Below the pieces are notes generated by a model. That model worked only from the letters and a program-made list of their open reading frames with translations. It was not told the origin of the DNA and searched no databases. From Takakia lepidozioides (Eukaryota > Plantae > Bryophyta): 64,000 bases of DNA. The position numbers and the translations under genes are program-made. The stretch spans positions 15,252,001 to 15,316,000 of the forward strand of contig CM060734.1 of assembly GCA_030704615.1 (NCBI GenBank), in the 5' to 3' direction. Every line of letters starts with the position of its first letter. Position 1 is the stretch's first letter. Shown here in pieces: positions 10,601 to 20,900 of the stretch.

Positions 10601-13001
10601 CTTTTATGCTATCTATAGAATTTTGTAGGGATGAAGAAAAAAAGAGATTTCCAGGTTGTGTAGGACATATTCACAAATGAGAGAGAGAGAGAGTGTGTAC
10701 TCATTGGACGTTGTTTGCCGGCCAGTTTTGGCGGAACAAGAGGGACGTAATTTGGAAAATACAGTGCAAATATTGATATAGGCCATATGGGTTTTAGGTG
10801 AAAAACAAGGAAGTCAGTCACTTGCCATGTTTGGTTTATGTCATTTGTCTGTTTTAACAAAAAGGTTGGCAGTTCAGCCGCTCCACAAAGAGCTTTACTC
10901 CCTTGATCCCAAGCGTATTTTTGTGGGCTCCTTCTTGGATGCTCTGGAAGATGGATCGGAGGAGGCACTGCGCCACATATTACTTGAGCATTCCCCGGGC
11001 ATTTTCACTTTCAACATGCTGCAATCCTCGTTTTGCTCAATGATGTTGGAAGAGGTATTTGCTTTATGAGTATCTTTGTTGTAGCTGTCGAGTGTATGAT
11101 GTTTAAGCTTACATGGAAGAGAAGATGGAAGCTACAAAAGTTGATACCTGCAGTGGCTGTTATATCAGCTCCACTATTATAATCCTGGAGTACACATTCA
11201 GGTGTCATTGTGTCTGAATTTGGGATGGTTGTACTCTGTACAGGTGGAACACTTTGAGAGATGGGCCCTTGAGGCGAAAGTGAAGGTGATGCGGCCTAAC
11301 ACAATGAACAACTATGGTGCAGTGCTTGACGACATTGGCATGGAGACCATGTTGGATAATCTTATGACTCGCTACCTCAACCCCCTGGCTGCTGGTGCTT
11401 CTCTGTCCTAAGTTTTCCTGCACCAGTTTGGTTGGTTGTCACTGTAGGGGGTTGCACGTGTTTGTGAAAATTAAATCCAGTTCAGATAAGCTGGGGTATT
11501 TTTAAATCATTACAAAGTGCAGATCTCCCATGCATGGTGCACACTTGATTTGTCAAGTCTGAAGTTTCAATTTCCTTACTGGAGTGAGCCCCTCACAAAG
11601 GTAGTGTCAGTTCCCCTCTTGTTCCGCCCAAATTGGGCTTGGGGTCTATGGCCACTAGGCTGTGGCAAACCACTTCTCATGAGTACATTCTCTGAGGGCT
11701 ACTTTTTGTTCTACACGTGGCAGTGTTATTTGTGAATGTCGGTGGGTCTTCTCTTGATACACACCATGGTTTTGTGGTAGAGTATGCCATGGACCGGGAT
11801 CTTGATCTCGGTGAGTGGTACTTACCCTTTCACGTTTATGATGCTCTTCCTCTTTTGCCTGCTGCTTCTCAAATCTATTGTTCCTTCGATGAGGTCTTGG
11901 CAACATCTTACCCTTCCAGTTGCTGCAAATATCAACAGTATATGAGTTGCCAGTGTTTTCTGTGTTAGTGCATGCTTATGTTGTCTAGTATTTTCTGGTA
12001 ACAACAGCCATGATGAAATACATACTCGCGTTCCTTGAATGTCTGTTCTGTTTTGTGGGTCTCTTAGGCTTCCATGTCGATGACTCAGAGGTCACACTAA
12101 ACGTGTGCCTTGGGAAGGAGTTTGATGGCGGGGAGCTCTTCTTCCGTGGTGTTCGATGTGAGAAGCATGTGAATGGAGAGGCACGCCCAGAGGTGAGAAG
12201 TTTTGTGTCAATGAAGTACTGCAAATGATAACCCTGGCTGGATAGAGGCAGGTTTCAGGCTGCCACCTAATTACTGCTCACCGGTTGTCAAGGAACTTGC
12301 CTACTTTCTCTTTTCTTGATGTGTTGGTGCTGCCTACATAGGCTGCCAACTAAGTACCGCTCACTGTTTGTCAAGGAACTTGCCTACTATTCCCTTTTCT
12401 TTAAGTGTTGGTGCTGCATGCATCATACACAGAAGGTGTTTGTGTTCAAATACATTTCCTCGCTATTCTCCCCTTTCGCTGCACTTCCTGACACATGTAG
12501 CCATGACTGCAGGAGGTACTGGAGTATTCACATATACCAGGGCATGCAGTATTGCATGCAGGTCGCCACCGCCACGGTGCCAAGGCCATAACTTCGGGTC
12601 AACGCACCAATTTGATTCTTTGGTGTCGTAGGTGAAGCTTCTAAATTGATTGTCGTGTCACTAGGTTGGATCTTTGGCTAATACACCATCAGGCCAGAAA
12701 TGTACATGAGGACCATATCTTGCAGTGACCATGGACGAAGACTGAAGATTAATCATGGGTGGCTATCTGAATGTGGATCTAGATGGTGCAGTGTTAACTT
12801 CTTCAACTTCTGAACTGGCTTTGGCATTTTTACATAAACCTATTTTCCCTAGAATGATCCTAGAGTGTTGGTGGCAGCTCTGAGTTTCGGGAGATAAAGA
12901 AGTACCAGCGTGACTTGTCAAGTTGGTGTGGAGAGTGCCTGTTGCGCAAAAAGGAGCGTGGGCGTCGTCTCTCCAGTGCCAAACGTCAGTTGGCTTCTTG
13001 A
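7630..13001 (+). CDS. ICU11: 2-oxoglutarate/Fe(II)-dependent dioxygenase, CUPULIFORMIS family (ICU11/CP2-like, PKHD-type hydroxylase), 8 coding exons, 386 aa
   Basis: GT-AG exons 7630-7965, 9665-9706, 10878-11054, 11244-11394, 11724-11810, 12068-12192, 12513-12631, 12878-13001 splice in frame (1161 nt). Family motifs: YEDMEDLEY..MEQHLP, NYQPLHKELY, MRPNTMNNYGAVLDDIG, LDTHHGFVVEY, GFHVDDSEVTLNVCLG (HxD), GRHRHGA (distal His), RTNLILWCRS, SSWCGEC. The symbol denotes family homology, not proven orthology. The start codon is inferred. Confidence 0.92.
9192..9350. repeat. Diverged two-copy tandem duplication (period ~82 bp) in intron 1
   Basis: aacaaatgcatt.aacatttt..agttttaca....ttttctgagatggag.cccccta.ctat.acgtta.tg starts at 9192 and at 9274. 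Confidence 0.8.
12257..12423. repeat. Diverged two-copy tandem duplication (period 83 bp) in intron 6
   Basis: aggctgcca.ctaa.tac.gctcac...ttgtcaaggaacttgcctact....cttttctt...gtgttggtgctgc starts at 12257 and at 12340. Confidence 0.85.
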
Positions 13002-14492
13002 GAACTCCCATATCCATTTACCACATTTCATATTTTTAGAGTTTGTACATTGATTCAGTGGGGCTGGTCTAGGGTTCTGCAAGTTTAACCAAAGTCTCTT
13101 CTTGAGGTGACTAGGTACTTCACAAGGTAATGTCATCACTGTACATTGATTATTACGAATAAAATGAAGCCACTATCTTCATTTGCTCAAAATTGTTACA
13201 GCTGGTGAGTGTACATGAGCAACCGAGTTTTTTGACTGGCAAGGTATTTATCCATTCATAACCGGATTGTAGTTCCAGATAATTGTCAAGTGCTTGTTGG
13301 TTTGTGCTGTAGTCATGGGCTTTAATGACTACCATTGTATATCATCAGTGACTTGCTCGCACATGAAATATATTTAAGTTTTGAGGATAGTGGAACCACT
13401 AAGCCTTGTGGCCCAAGGTCTGCAATCTTCAATCTGCTCCCTCCCAGTTAGTCCAACGAGAGGAATAAGGGGGCTATTCCTGAAGGTCGAAAGAAGGGAG
13501 AGGATTGGAGCGGCCAATTGGGAGGGAGGGCACGGGTGTTGGAGTTGGTGAAATGTGAGGCCACCTGTAGAGGCTAGCCCCTTCAACGTCATGCCGGGCT
13601 GCCCGCATGAGGACTCTTGTTGGACCTTTGACTAGTGGACAGGTGATCTGTTATCATCACTGCCTGTGCTTGGATGGTATAGCCAGGTCTCTGCCAGGTT
13701 CTGTAGTTGTCGCATAAGCTTTGAGCTTTCTGCGGAGGTTGTAAAGTACCATTTTATTTCTAGCTATACATATGGGCGCAGATGTCCGATCATCTCCGAT
13801 CAGTACAGCATGTACTTCACACGAGTGTTTTGTGTTTTTTTCCTGCGTAGATTTCAGCGGTTGTAATCCCATCATCAGGAATGCTGGGTTAGCATAGGAA
13901 CAGAGGAACAGAACATGTGTTCCTTTGTTAAGGGTTAACTGAATTAATATAGCACAACCCTCATGTTCATGTACTGGCATCTTCGGTGGTAAGAAATCAC
14001 TGGCAGTTCATTTGTAACAGTAGTAGGACTAGTGATTTTCCACATACCTGCTCATGTATTTGTGCAAAAGAATGAATACAATTGTGGAAAATTCAGAGAG
14101 CAAATACCTCGATCGACCAATGTGAATGAGAGCCCAGATGCACGAGCTCAGCACGTGCAGGCTTACAGCTAATCGTGTCCTCGTGGTGTTTGTGAAATGA
14201 CAAGACAAACAATCTAATCCAGCCCATTTTTTTTCATTTCATGTACAGCGGCCATGTGGCTACAAGTTGATGGGGGTAGAGTGGGTAGGTGGCGAACCAG
14301 CTGTTGTCCACGTGGATTGTACGTTGCTACAGCTATGCACCATACTGTCGCAATATGGTGACCATATATGAAGAAGACATTGCAAGGGCGACACATGTTC
14401 AAAGCAGGGCAGATAAACCTGGCTCGAAGGGCCCTTATATTGCAGCAAAGTGGCTACCATAAAAAGGCCAATGTCATTAATCTGGCTCCATA

Positions 14493-14771
14493 CAGTCGAA
14501 CCTAGAAAATTGTTATTCCTATAGAGCAGAAAAATTATAACATATCTTTTTAAAAAAAAAATCACATATCAACCATTATGTTTTTTTTAAGAGAAAATTA
14601 CCTCAACAATAGTTTTTGAGGGAGGTCAAAAATAATTGTTGAGGTAATATCTATTTTCAAAACCATTATGTTCATGTTATGTTGTTGTTTTCAAGTGTAA
14701 ATTTTTACAGAGCCAAGATTTCATAGGGTAACATAATAAAAAAACATTTAACATTTATCCAAGGTCGACTA
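14493..14771. mobile_element. pogo/Tc1-mariner-like MITE with TA target duplication and an internal hairpin
   Basis: TA|CAGTCGAACCT at the left end, degenerate AGGT-CGACTA|TA at the right end, AT-rich interior, inverted repeat at 14597-14648. Confidence 0.6.
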
Positions 14772-15264
14772 TAGCCCACTTTGGATGGGACACATGGCAA
14801 TAACAGATTTTTTGAATTGTTTTTTAATAAAAAGGGGACGGAGGCCCTTGTACTCAAATTAAATAAATATATTGCGTTGTGGGCCCAAAAGGCCATGAGT
14901 TGCAGATGCGAAAAACTCAATCTGAACCTGCAAAGACAACAGTGATGTCTCTTGCAATCTGAACATGCAAGGGGGAACTAATACTAAGCTACCAGATCCA
15001 AAACAGATTGTCTAGGCAGCATGCCCCAATGAAAATTGCCCAAATACCAAATGTCAATGTCGATATTTTCACTACACTCGCGGAGATGATGGAAACAAAG
15101 GGGCTCTTGAATCTGCCCTCCAGCACAAAAAGGAACTCTATAAATCTAAGCAGAGACACCATAACGGCCACGGGGCACCGCTCCACTCCACTTATCGAAG
15201 CATAATTCGTACGGGAAATCACGTAGGCCAAAGAATTTCTGGCCATACATACCCACCACCACCG

Positions 15265-17205
15265 CTAGGTGGGGATCCAGGCCAGACCGCAGCTTGTTCT
15301 TACCAAAGATGAAAAGCATTGCTCATCCTCAACGCTGCCCAAGACATGCACCATCGCAATCTCTGCAAGTTTGACATACTCCGGGAATGCATGAGTTAGT
15401 ACGCCATGAATAGTTCTCCAGATCTTTGTGAGAGGGTTGACGTCAAAGGGGGGTTCCATGGCTGCCAAAGCATTGGATTTCATACTCAACTTGAACATAC
15501 ATTGCTGGGAGTCCAAGTCCCAGCGATTGAGGGTGGGCTGAATTGTTTTCTGATCAGCCCCCTCGCCAAAAACTCTAGCCACCACCATACCAGCTCTTGA
15601 CCACCTCAAGGTGCTTCCTAAAACTATCCTCAGCCCCTGATTGCAACCAGTACTGTTGGTACACAATTCCCATAGCATCAAGCACTGAGTGCTGAGGAAA
15701 TCTGATATTCAGCTCCTCCACAAGTTGCATGGCTGCAACTGCACACCCACATGCGCTTAAGTTAGAGCAAAAAAATCAAGCTTGAATAGTCACAGCAGCA
15801 ACAATGGTAACCATATTTCAACTAGGGTAATTAGATTTCAAGGGGCATGGCAGTTAAATATTACATGAACACTCATTTTTGGCTCTAGCCACGAGGTTGT
15901 TACATAAGTCCTTGTTCACATAGTTCCGCGGACTCTCCACCTCAGCCCCATCTACACCCTGCCCTACTTGTGCCTCCAATGTCACCAAGTCATCAGCACC
16001 AGCCACATGCACAATGGGCATGGATGCAACAGACACATGGTTAGCCCACACTTGCTTCCCATTCACAATATAAACCAAGTGCTGCGAGTTGTTGTTCAGG
16101 TTAGCCACCCACGTAGGTGGATTTGCTCATGGCTACAATCCAACAAGCTCTTAAAAGACCAGAACTCATCACTTACAAAGGCAGTTCCCCGGTCAATGTA
16201 CAAGGAGTACAACTGCCCCTGACAGATTTTAATCGCAGCAACCATGTCACAAATGAAAACATTCCGGTCTTGCGCAAACTGCACCAAACAATCGAAGCTC
16301 TCAAAGAGGGGGAGAATACAACACATACCCAACATGGTGTATGGGTCACATAACAAAGCCAGCAAACCCTGCCACAGCAACACACCACATCAGAAATGCC
16401 GAATGAACTAGTTAATCATAAACATGCACAACATGATAAAACATGCACACAAGCCAACAAATTCTAATTACCATACCTTTGCAGCTTTGTTGTCCGTCTT
16501 GTCGATCTGCATTTAAACCAGGAGGGGTCTGTACTCGGCCAAAATCCGCTTCATTGGTTCAATGATGGACACCCACCGCGTTTCACATTCCGAAGCATTT
16601 TCAGACCTTTTGTTTTCATCATGACTACACAAGCTTGGTGAACTCCAAGTGTCTTTTGGGGCTGTGTGCAAAATAGGCATGGCCGGTCTGAAGCAAAGTC
16701 TCAATGCCGCTAACAATGCTCAACTGGGATAGTGTCTTGAAGGCCAAATTGCACCTATGTGCCATGCAATGCACCCCCATACAGAAGGGAGCATACTTGG
16801 ATGCAATTTGCTTTGTGGTCACACCTTGGAAGGTGCTCACACCATTAGCCCCAAAACAAAGCAATTTCTGAGCTACAGAAGATTCAGTGAGTCCTCCACC
16901 CTTTCCCAATGCATCGATTATGACTAGAGTCAGGTTATCAGCCCCACTCCCGTCCACAATTTTTTGGAGAGAGATCATCATGGGGATTCTTACCCACTTC
17001 TGCACAATGTAGGCATGGTCGCTGATCCACGAGCCATTGTCCACAAAGGTTATCTCATCAAAGTCAAGGCAACAAATCTGGCAGCTCTTACAGAAGTCAG
17101 CGTAGCCTGTTGAACCTCATTATACATGAACTCTACCATAATCCAGCCACTTATAGCACTCCAATGCATTTTGGGGCTATTCTGGACCTCCAAGCCCCAG
17201 GCTTG
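15265..17205 (-). pseudogene. Degenerate hAT transposase (ZNF862-like), fragmented
   Basis: Fragments LLCFGANGVSTFQG, GVHCMAHRCNLA, ETRWVSII, LVQFAQDRNVFICD, and hAT dimerisation-like LAEIAMVHVLGSVEDEQCFSSL; multiple stops and frameshifts. Confidence 0.85.
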
Positions 17206-17275
17206 ACCATTTAATGAGTGATTGTGTTTTGTATTAATGTGTCATCGGACAGTGTAAGCTTAGTTTTCTTTTCAT

Positions 17276-17360
17276 TGTGACAGACTACTTTGTTGTGCAT
17301 ATATGTGTGGTGTGGTTTGGACAACGATGTAGTTGTGTAGTGATACGTATGCGCACGACA
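17276..17360 (+). mobile_element. Isolated terminal LTR unit of Gypsy family B, opposite orientation to B1
   Basis: tgtgacagacta...tatgtgtggtgtggtttggaca.cgatgtagttgtgtag.gata..tatgcgcacgaca is the reverse complement of the units at 24913-24990 and 60977-61153. Confidence 0.75.
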
Positions 17361-17445
17361 AATCAATCCCCATAGGTCTTTGTCTAGAAGAATCATTTCC
17401 ATTCTAAACTTCCAGGACTGGTAATTGATTCCATTGAACTTTGAT
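17361..17445 (-). pseudogene. Ty1/Copia gag N-terminal fragment
   Basis: KFNGINYQSWKFRMEMILLDKDLWGLI is a typical Copia Gag N-terminal signature. Confidence 0.7.
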
Positions 17446-17449
17446 CTTC

Positions 17450-17713
17450 TATTCTTATATCTAATGCGTTTCCATGAGCAGAATTTGCCATTAGGTATTT
17501 CCTTTCTCACTATCTAAGACTTTATACTTGACAGTCAGCAAGCTCATAGACTTTTATTGATCACTGACCGTGGACCAAGTTTCTTTGGCTAGGAGCTTCC
17601 TTTGATCACGTCGTCGCTGCCACCTCGTAGCACCTCCTCTATCTAACATAAATTGTAGTCACTTTGTATTCTTATATCTAATGCGTTTCCATGAGTAGAA
17701 TTTGCCATTAGGT
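17450..17713. repeat. 47-bp direct repeat pair (17450-17496 and 17667-17713)
   Basis: tattcttatatctaatgcgtttccatgag(c/t)agaatttgccattaggt, one mismatch. Confidence 0.9.
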
Positions 17714-17932
17714 GGAATCCACCCCACAACGACCTACTCTCCCATACTGCTCACTCTTACACCTCGGCATACAGGAGCTCTCGGTCATGCAGGCTCAGCT
17801 CGGGAGAGATGAGCCGCACGACTAACGAACGTGAAGATAAGATGGTTCAGGTGTCAACCTAAACTTGATACCTGACTTAACACTATGTTAAATACAAATA
17901 ACTAGATTTATTGTAGTTAGTTTCACACTCTG

Positions 17933-20900
17933 TGTCGCGACCCTTTGCCTTGAGGGCAGGGGTCGGGACACAAGAGGGGCTGCCCCTGTGGTAGGGGCAG
18001 TGGCAACAATAGGTATGGGGGCTAAAGCACCCTTGAGTGCCCAAGGCACTCAAGGAGGCGGAGGCGCTCACTAGGTGGAGCCCCGCACACCGGGTTGCGG
18101 TGGGGGTGGTTCCACGAGGGGTGGTGGTAGCTTAATGGGTCTTAGTGGGGGTGGCATAGGACTCACCATGGGGCGGAGACCTTGTGGTGGGAATCATTGG
18201 GAGTCTTGGGACTCATCACGGTCCATTGGGGCCGTGGTGGGTAGGCCAAGACTCACTGCGACTCATCACTGGGAGTCAAGGGTCTTCGTGGTGGTTCGCC
18301 GTAAAAAGACGGTGTTGTTTGTGAAACCCCCGCGGACAGTCACAGAAGTATATATAGGGAGTAGTAACCCCGAGAACGGTGCAAGCCCGTTGGTGACCAA
18401 AAACTAGTGAGTAAGCGTGCGAGCCAGAAAGCGACCAAGGTGTGGGGAGCTGTTCCGGACTGCCAACAACCAAAGGGAATTTTCACTAGGCCCAAAGTGA
18501 GCGAGGGTCTTGTGGAGGAGCAAAGGGGGACCGTTATGTCTCGGTGAGTAGCCGAAGCTCCGAGTTGGCCCGGCGGCCAGTTTGGGAGCTAGGCGCGCGC
18601 ATCAAAGCGAGTAACTATGACGTGAAGGGGAGCTTACCGAAGTGAGGTGCGTGACACTTGGTATCAAAGCTTAGAGTTCAGTACACGATCGTCCTTGAGA
18701 TCGGCCTCATCATGGGGTCGGGCAAGACAAAGCGAAAGCGGAACGGCCCGAAAGATGATGATCCTGATAAGCCCGGTGGGGGCGACGTGTCACCGAAGCG
18801 GCAATTGGAAGAGGCGATTTATGCTTCCGAAAGCGAGGCCGCTCAAGAACGGGAGGAATTTGGGGAGTCGGAGCCCGAGGACTTCCCAGAGACTCCGCCA
18901 GACCAACAGATGTCTCCCATGCCAGCAGCCTTTTGGGAAGGGTTGTTGGCACAGTTTGGCGGGGCGTTGAAAGACGTGATGAGGGCGGCTAATGCCCACT
19001 TCCACTAAGGCAAAGTTTAAGGTGAAACCTAAGGAATCCGACACCTTCGAGGGCGTCCGAAATTGGAAGGCACTCAACACCTGGCTCTTGGAGCTGGAGC
19101 AGTACTTCCGGGCGGCCAAGTTGAGTGATGAGGATCGGGTGGAAGTGGCTCCCACCTATTTGAGGGGCTATGCTCAACAATGGTGGCAAAAACGCCTTCA
19201 TGATCAAGGTCCAAACCCAGAAACCTTGAGCTGGAGTGGGTTCAAGGAACTTATGAAAAGACAGTTTGTGCCCCTCAATGCGTTCTGGCTCGCCCAGGAC
19301 AAGATGAGGAATTTGAAGCAAACGGATGACATTCGGGGATATGTTCAGGCTTTTAATGTGCTGTTGCTCGAAGTCGCGGATATGGCAGAACCAGAAATGG
19401 TCTTCAACTTTGTGGCGGGACTGGCCCCATGGGCCAGGCGGAAGTTGGAGGAGAAGCCACCTAAGACTTTGAACGAGGCAATTGAGAAGGCTGAATGTTT
19501 CTCGGATGTCCCTAGGGGCGAAAGACAAGGCCGTACAGAGCTGAACCACAAGAAGGCCCGGCGGGAGGGTGACTCTTTCCGACCGGAAAAGAAGTGGGAT
19601 AGGGCACGCGGCGACAATGGCACATGGAAATCGAAGGGAGGGCCTTCACACGTCAAGGCGACACCCGGTGCTCCGAAAGGAAAATCAGGTGCGGTGGCTT
19701 ATGGCGGACAGAAGGCGACCTTCGATGGAGTGTGCTTTAATTGCGGGGAGCCCGGGCACATGGCCAAGAAGTGCGCGAAACCCCGACAATTGAACATGAC
19801 TCGTACAACCACAGAGCTGTTCGAAGATTCCATCAACCGCTTGGTGGAGGCGGTAGTCGCCAAGACTTGCAAAGTAGGCAACTCCTCTTGTGAGTTGTAT
19901 TAGGAGACTGGCCCCTTGCGTAAATGGAGTCAGTTAATGTTCGTGAGTGGGATAATTTCCGGAACTAACGTGTCGTTGTTGGTGGACACAGGAGCGTCGC
20001 ACTCCTTCATGACACCGGCAACGGCACGGAAGCTGGGGCTCCCGACAAGTGATGTGGGCGTCTCTATTGAAGTGCGTTCTGCCAAAGGAGAACCACAACT
20101 GGCGACGAGGTTGGCGTTCGATGTCCCTCTTCAGCTCGGGAGTTGGGAGGGACGTGAGAACTTCACCATTTGCGAGATCGATGGAGTGGATCTCATTTTG
20201 GGGATGACCTTTTTGAGCAAATTCGGAGCGGTCATAGATGGCCGCAAGAGAATAGTCACGCTACTGTATGGGAATGGTGGCGAAGTTTTACGGGTGTCGG
20301 AAACGCCCAACCGAGTGGGAGGGAGAATAAATTTGCTGTCAGCAAAGGAGTGGGCCATGGAGTAGCCACACGAGCCCCAATTTTTGCTTTACGTGAGACA
20401 AGTGGAAGGAGAAGTCGATAGGGAGCCAAGCCCAGATTGGATCAAGGGGATCCTGGAGAAATACCAGGATGTGATGCTGGAGGATTTACCAAGCGGCTTG
20501 CCACCGCGAAGAGGAGTTGACCACAAGATAGAGGTGATACCGGGATCGGAGCCGCCTACCAAGGCACCCTACCGGTTGCGCCACAAAGAGTTGGTCAAGC
20601 TGAAGGCCCAGCTCAAGGATCTAATGTCAAAGGGGTGCATCCGGCCGAGTAAGTCACCTTACAGAGCCCTAGTGCTATTCGCAGACAAGAAGGATGGGAC
20701 GCTGCAGATGTGTGTCGATTACAAGGCTCTAAATAAGGTGACTATAAAAAACCGGTACCCTTTGCCAAGGATCGACGACCTCTTCGATCGGTTGGCAGGA
20801 GCAAAGTATTTCAGCCGGATCGATTTGCGCTCAGGTTACCATCAAATCCGAGTGGCGGAAGGAGATGAGAAGAAGATCGCGTGCAGGACAAGATATGGTT

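Noticed and set aside
18075-18407. 110-aa Gly-rich ORF (MEPRTPGCGGGG..) recurring in family A LTRs
   Set aside because: GTG start, GC-rich LTR sequence upstream of or across the TATA box, broken in other copies; recurrence just reflects LTR copying.
18990-19010. Programmed frameshift in A1 gag
   Set aside because: A1 has one extra C (aatgcccac vs aatgccac in A2/A4); a copy-specific indel.
19901-19903. Programmed stop read-through between gag and pol in A1
   Set aside because: A2, A4 and A5 have CAG at this codon, so it is a C->T mutation in a single gag-pol ORF.
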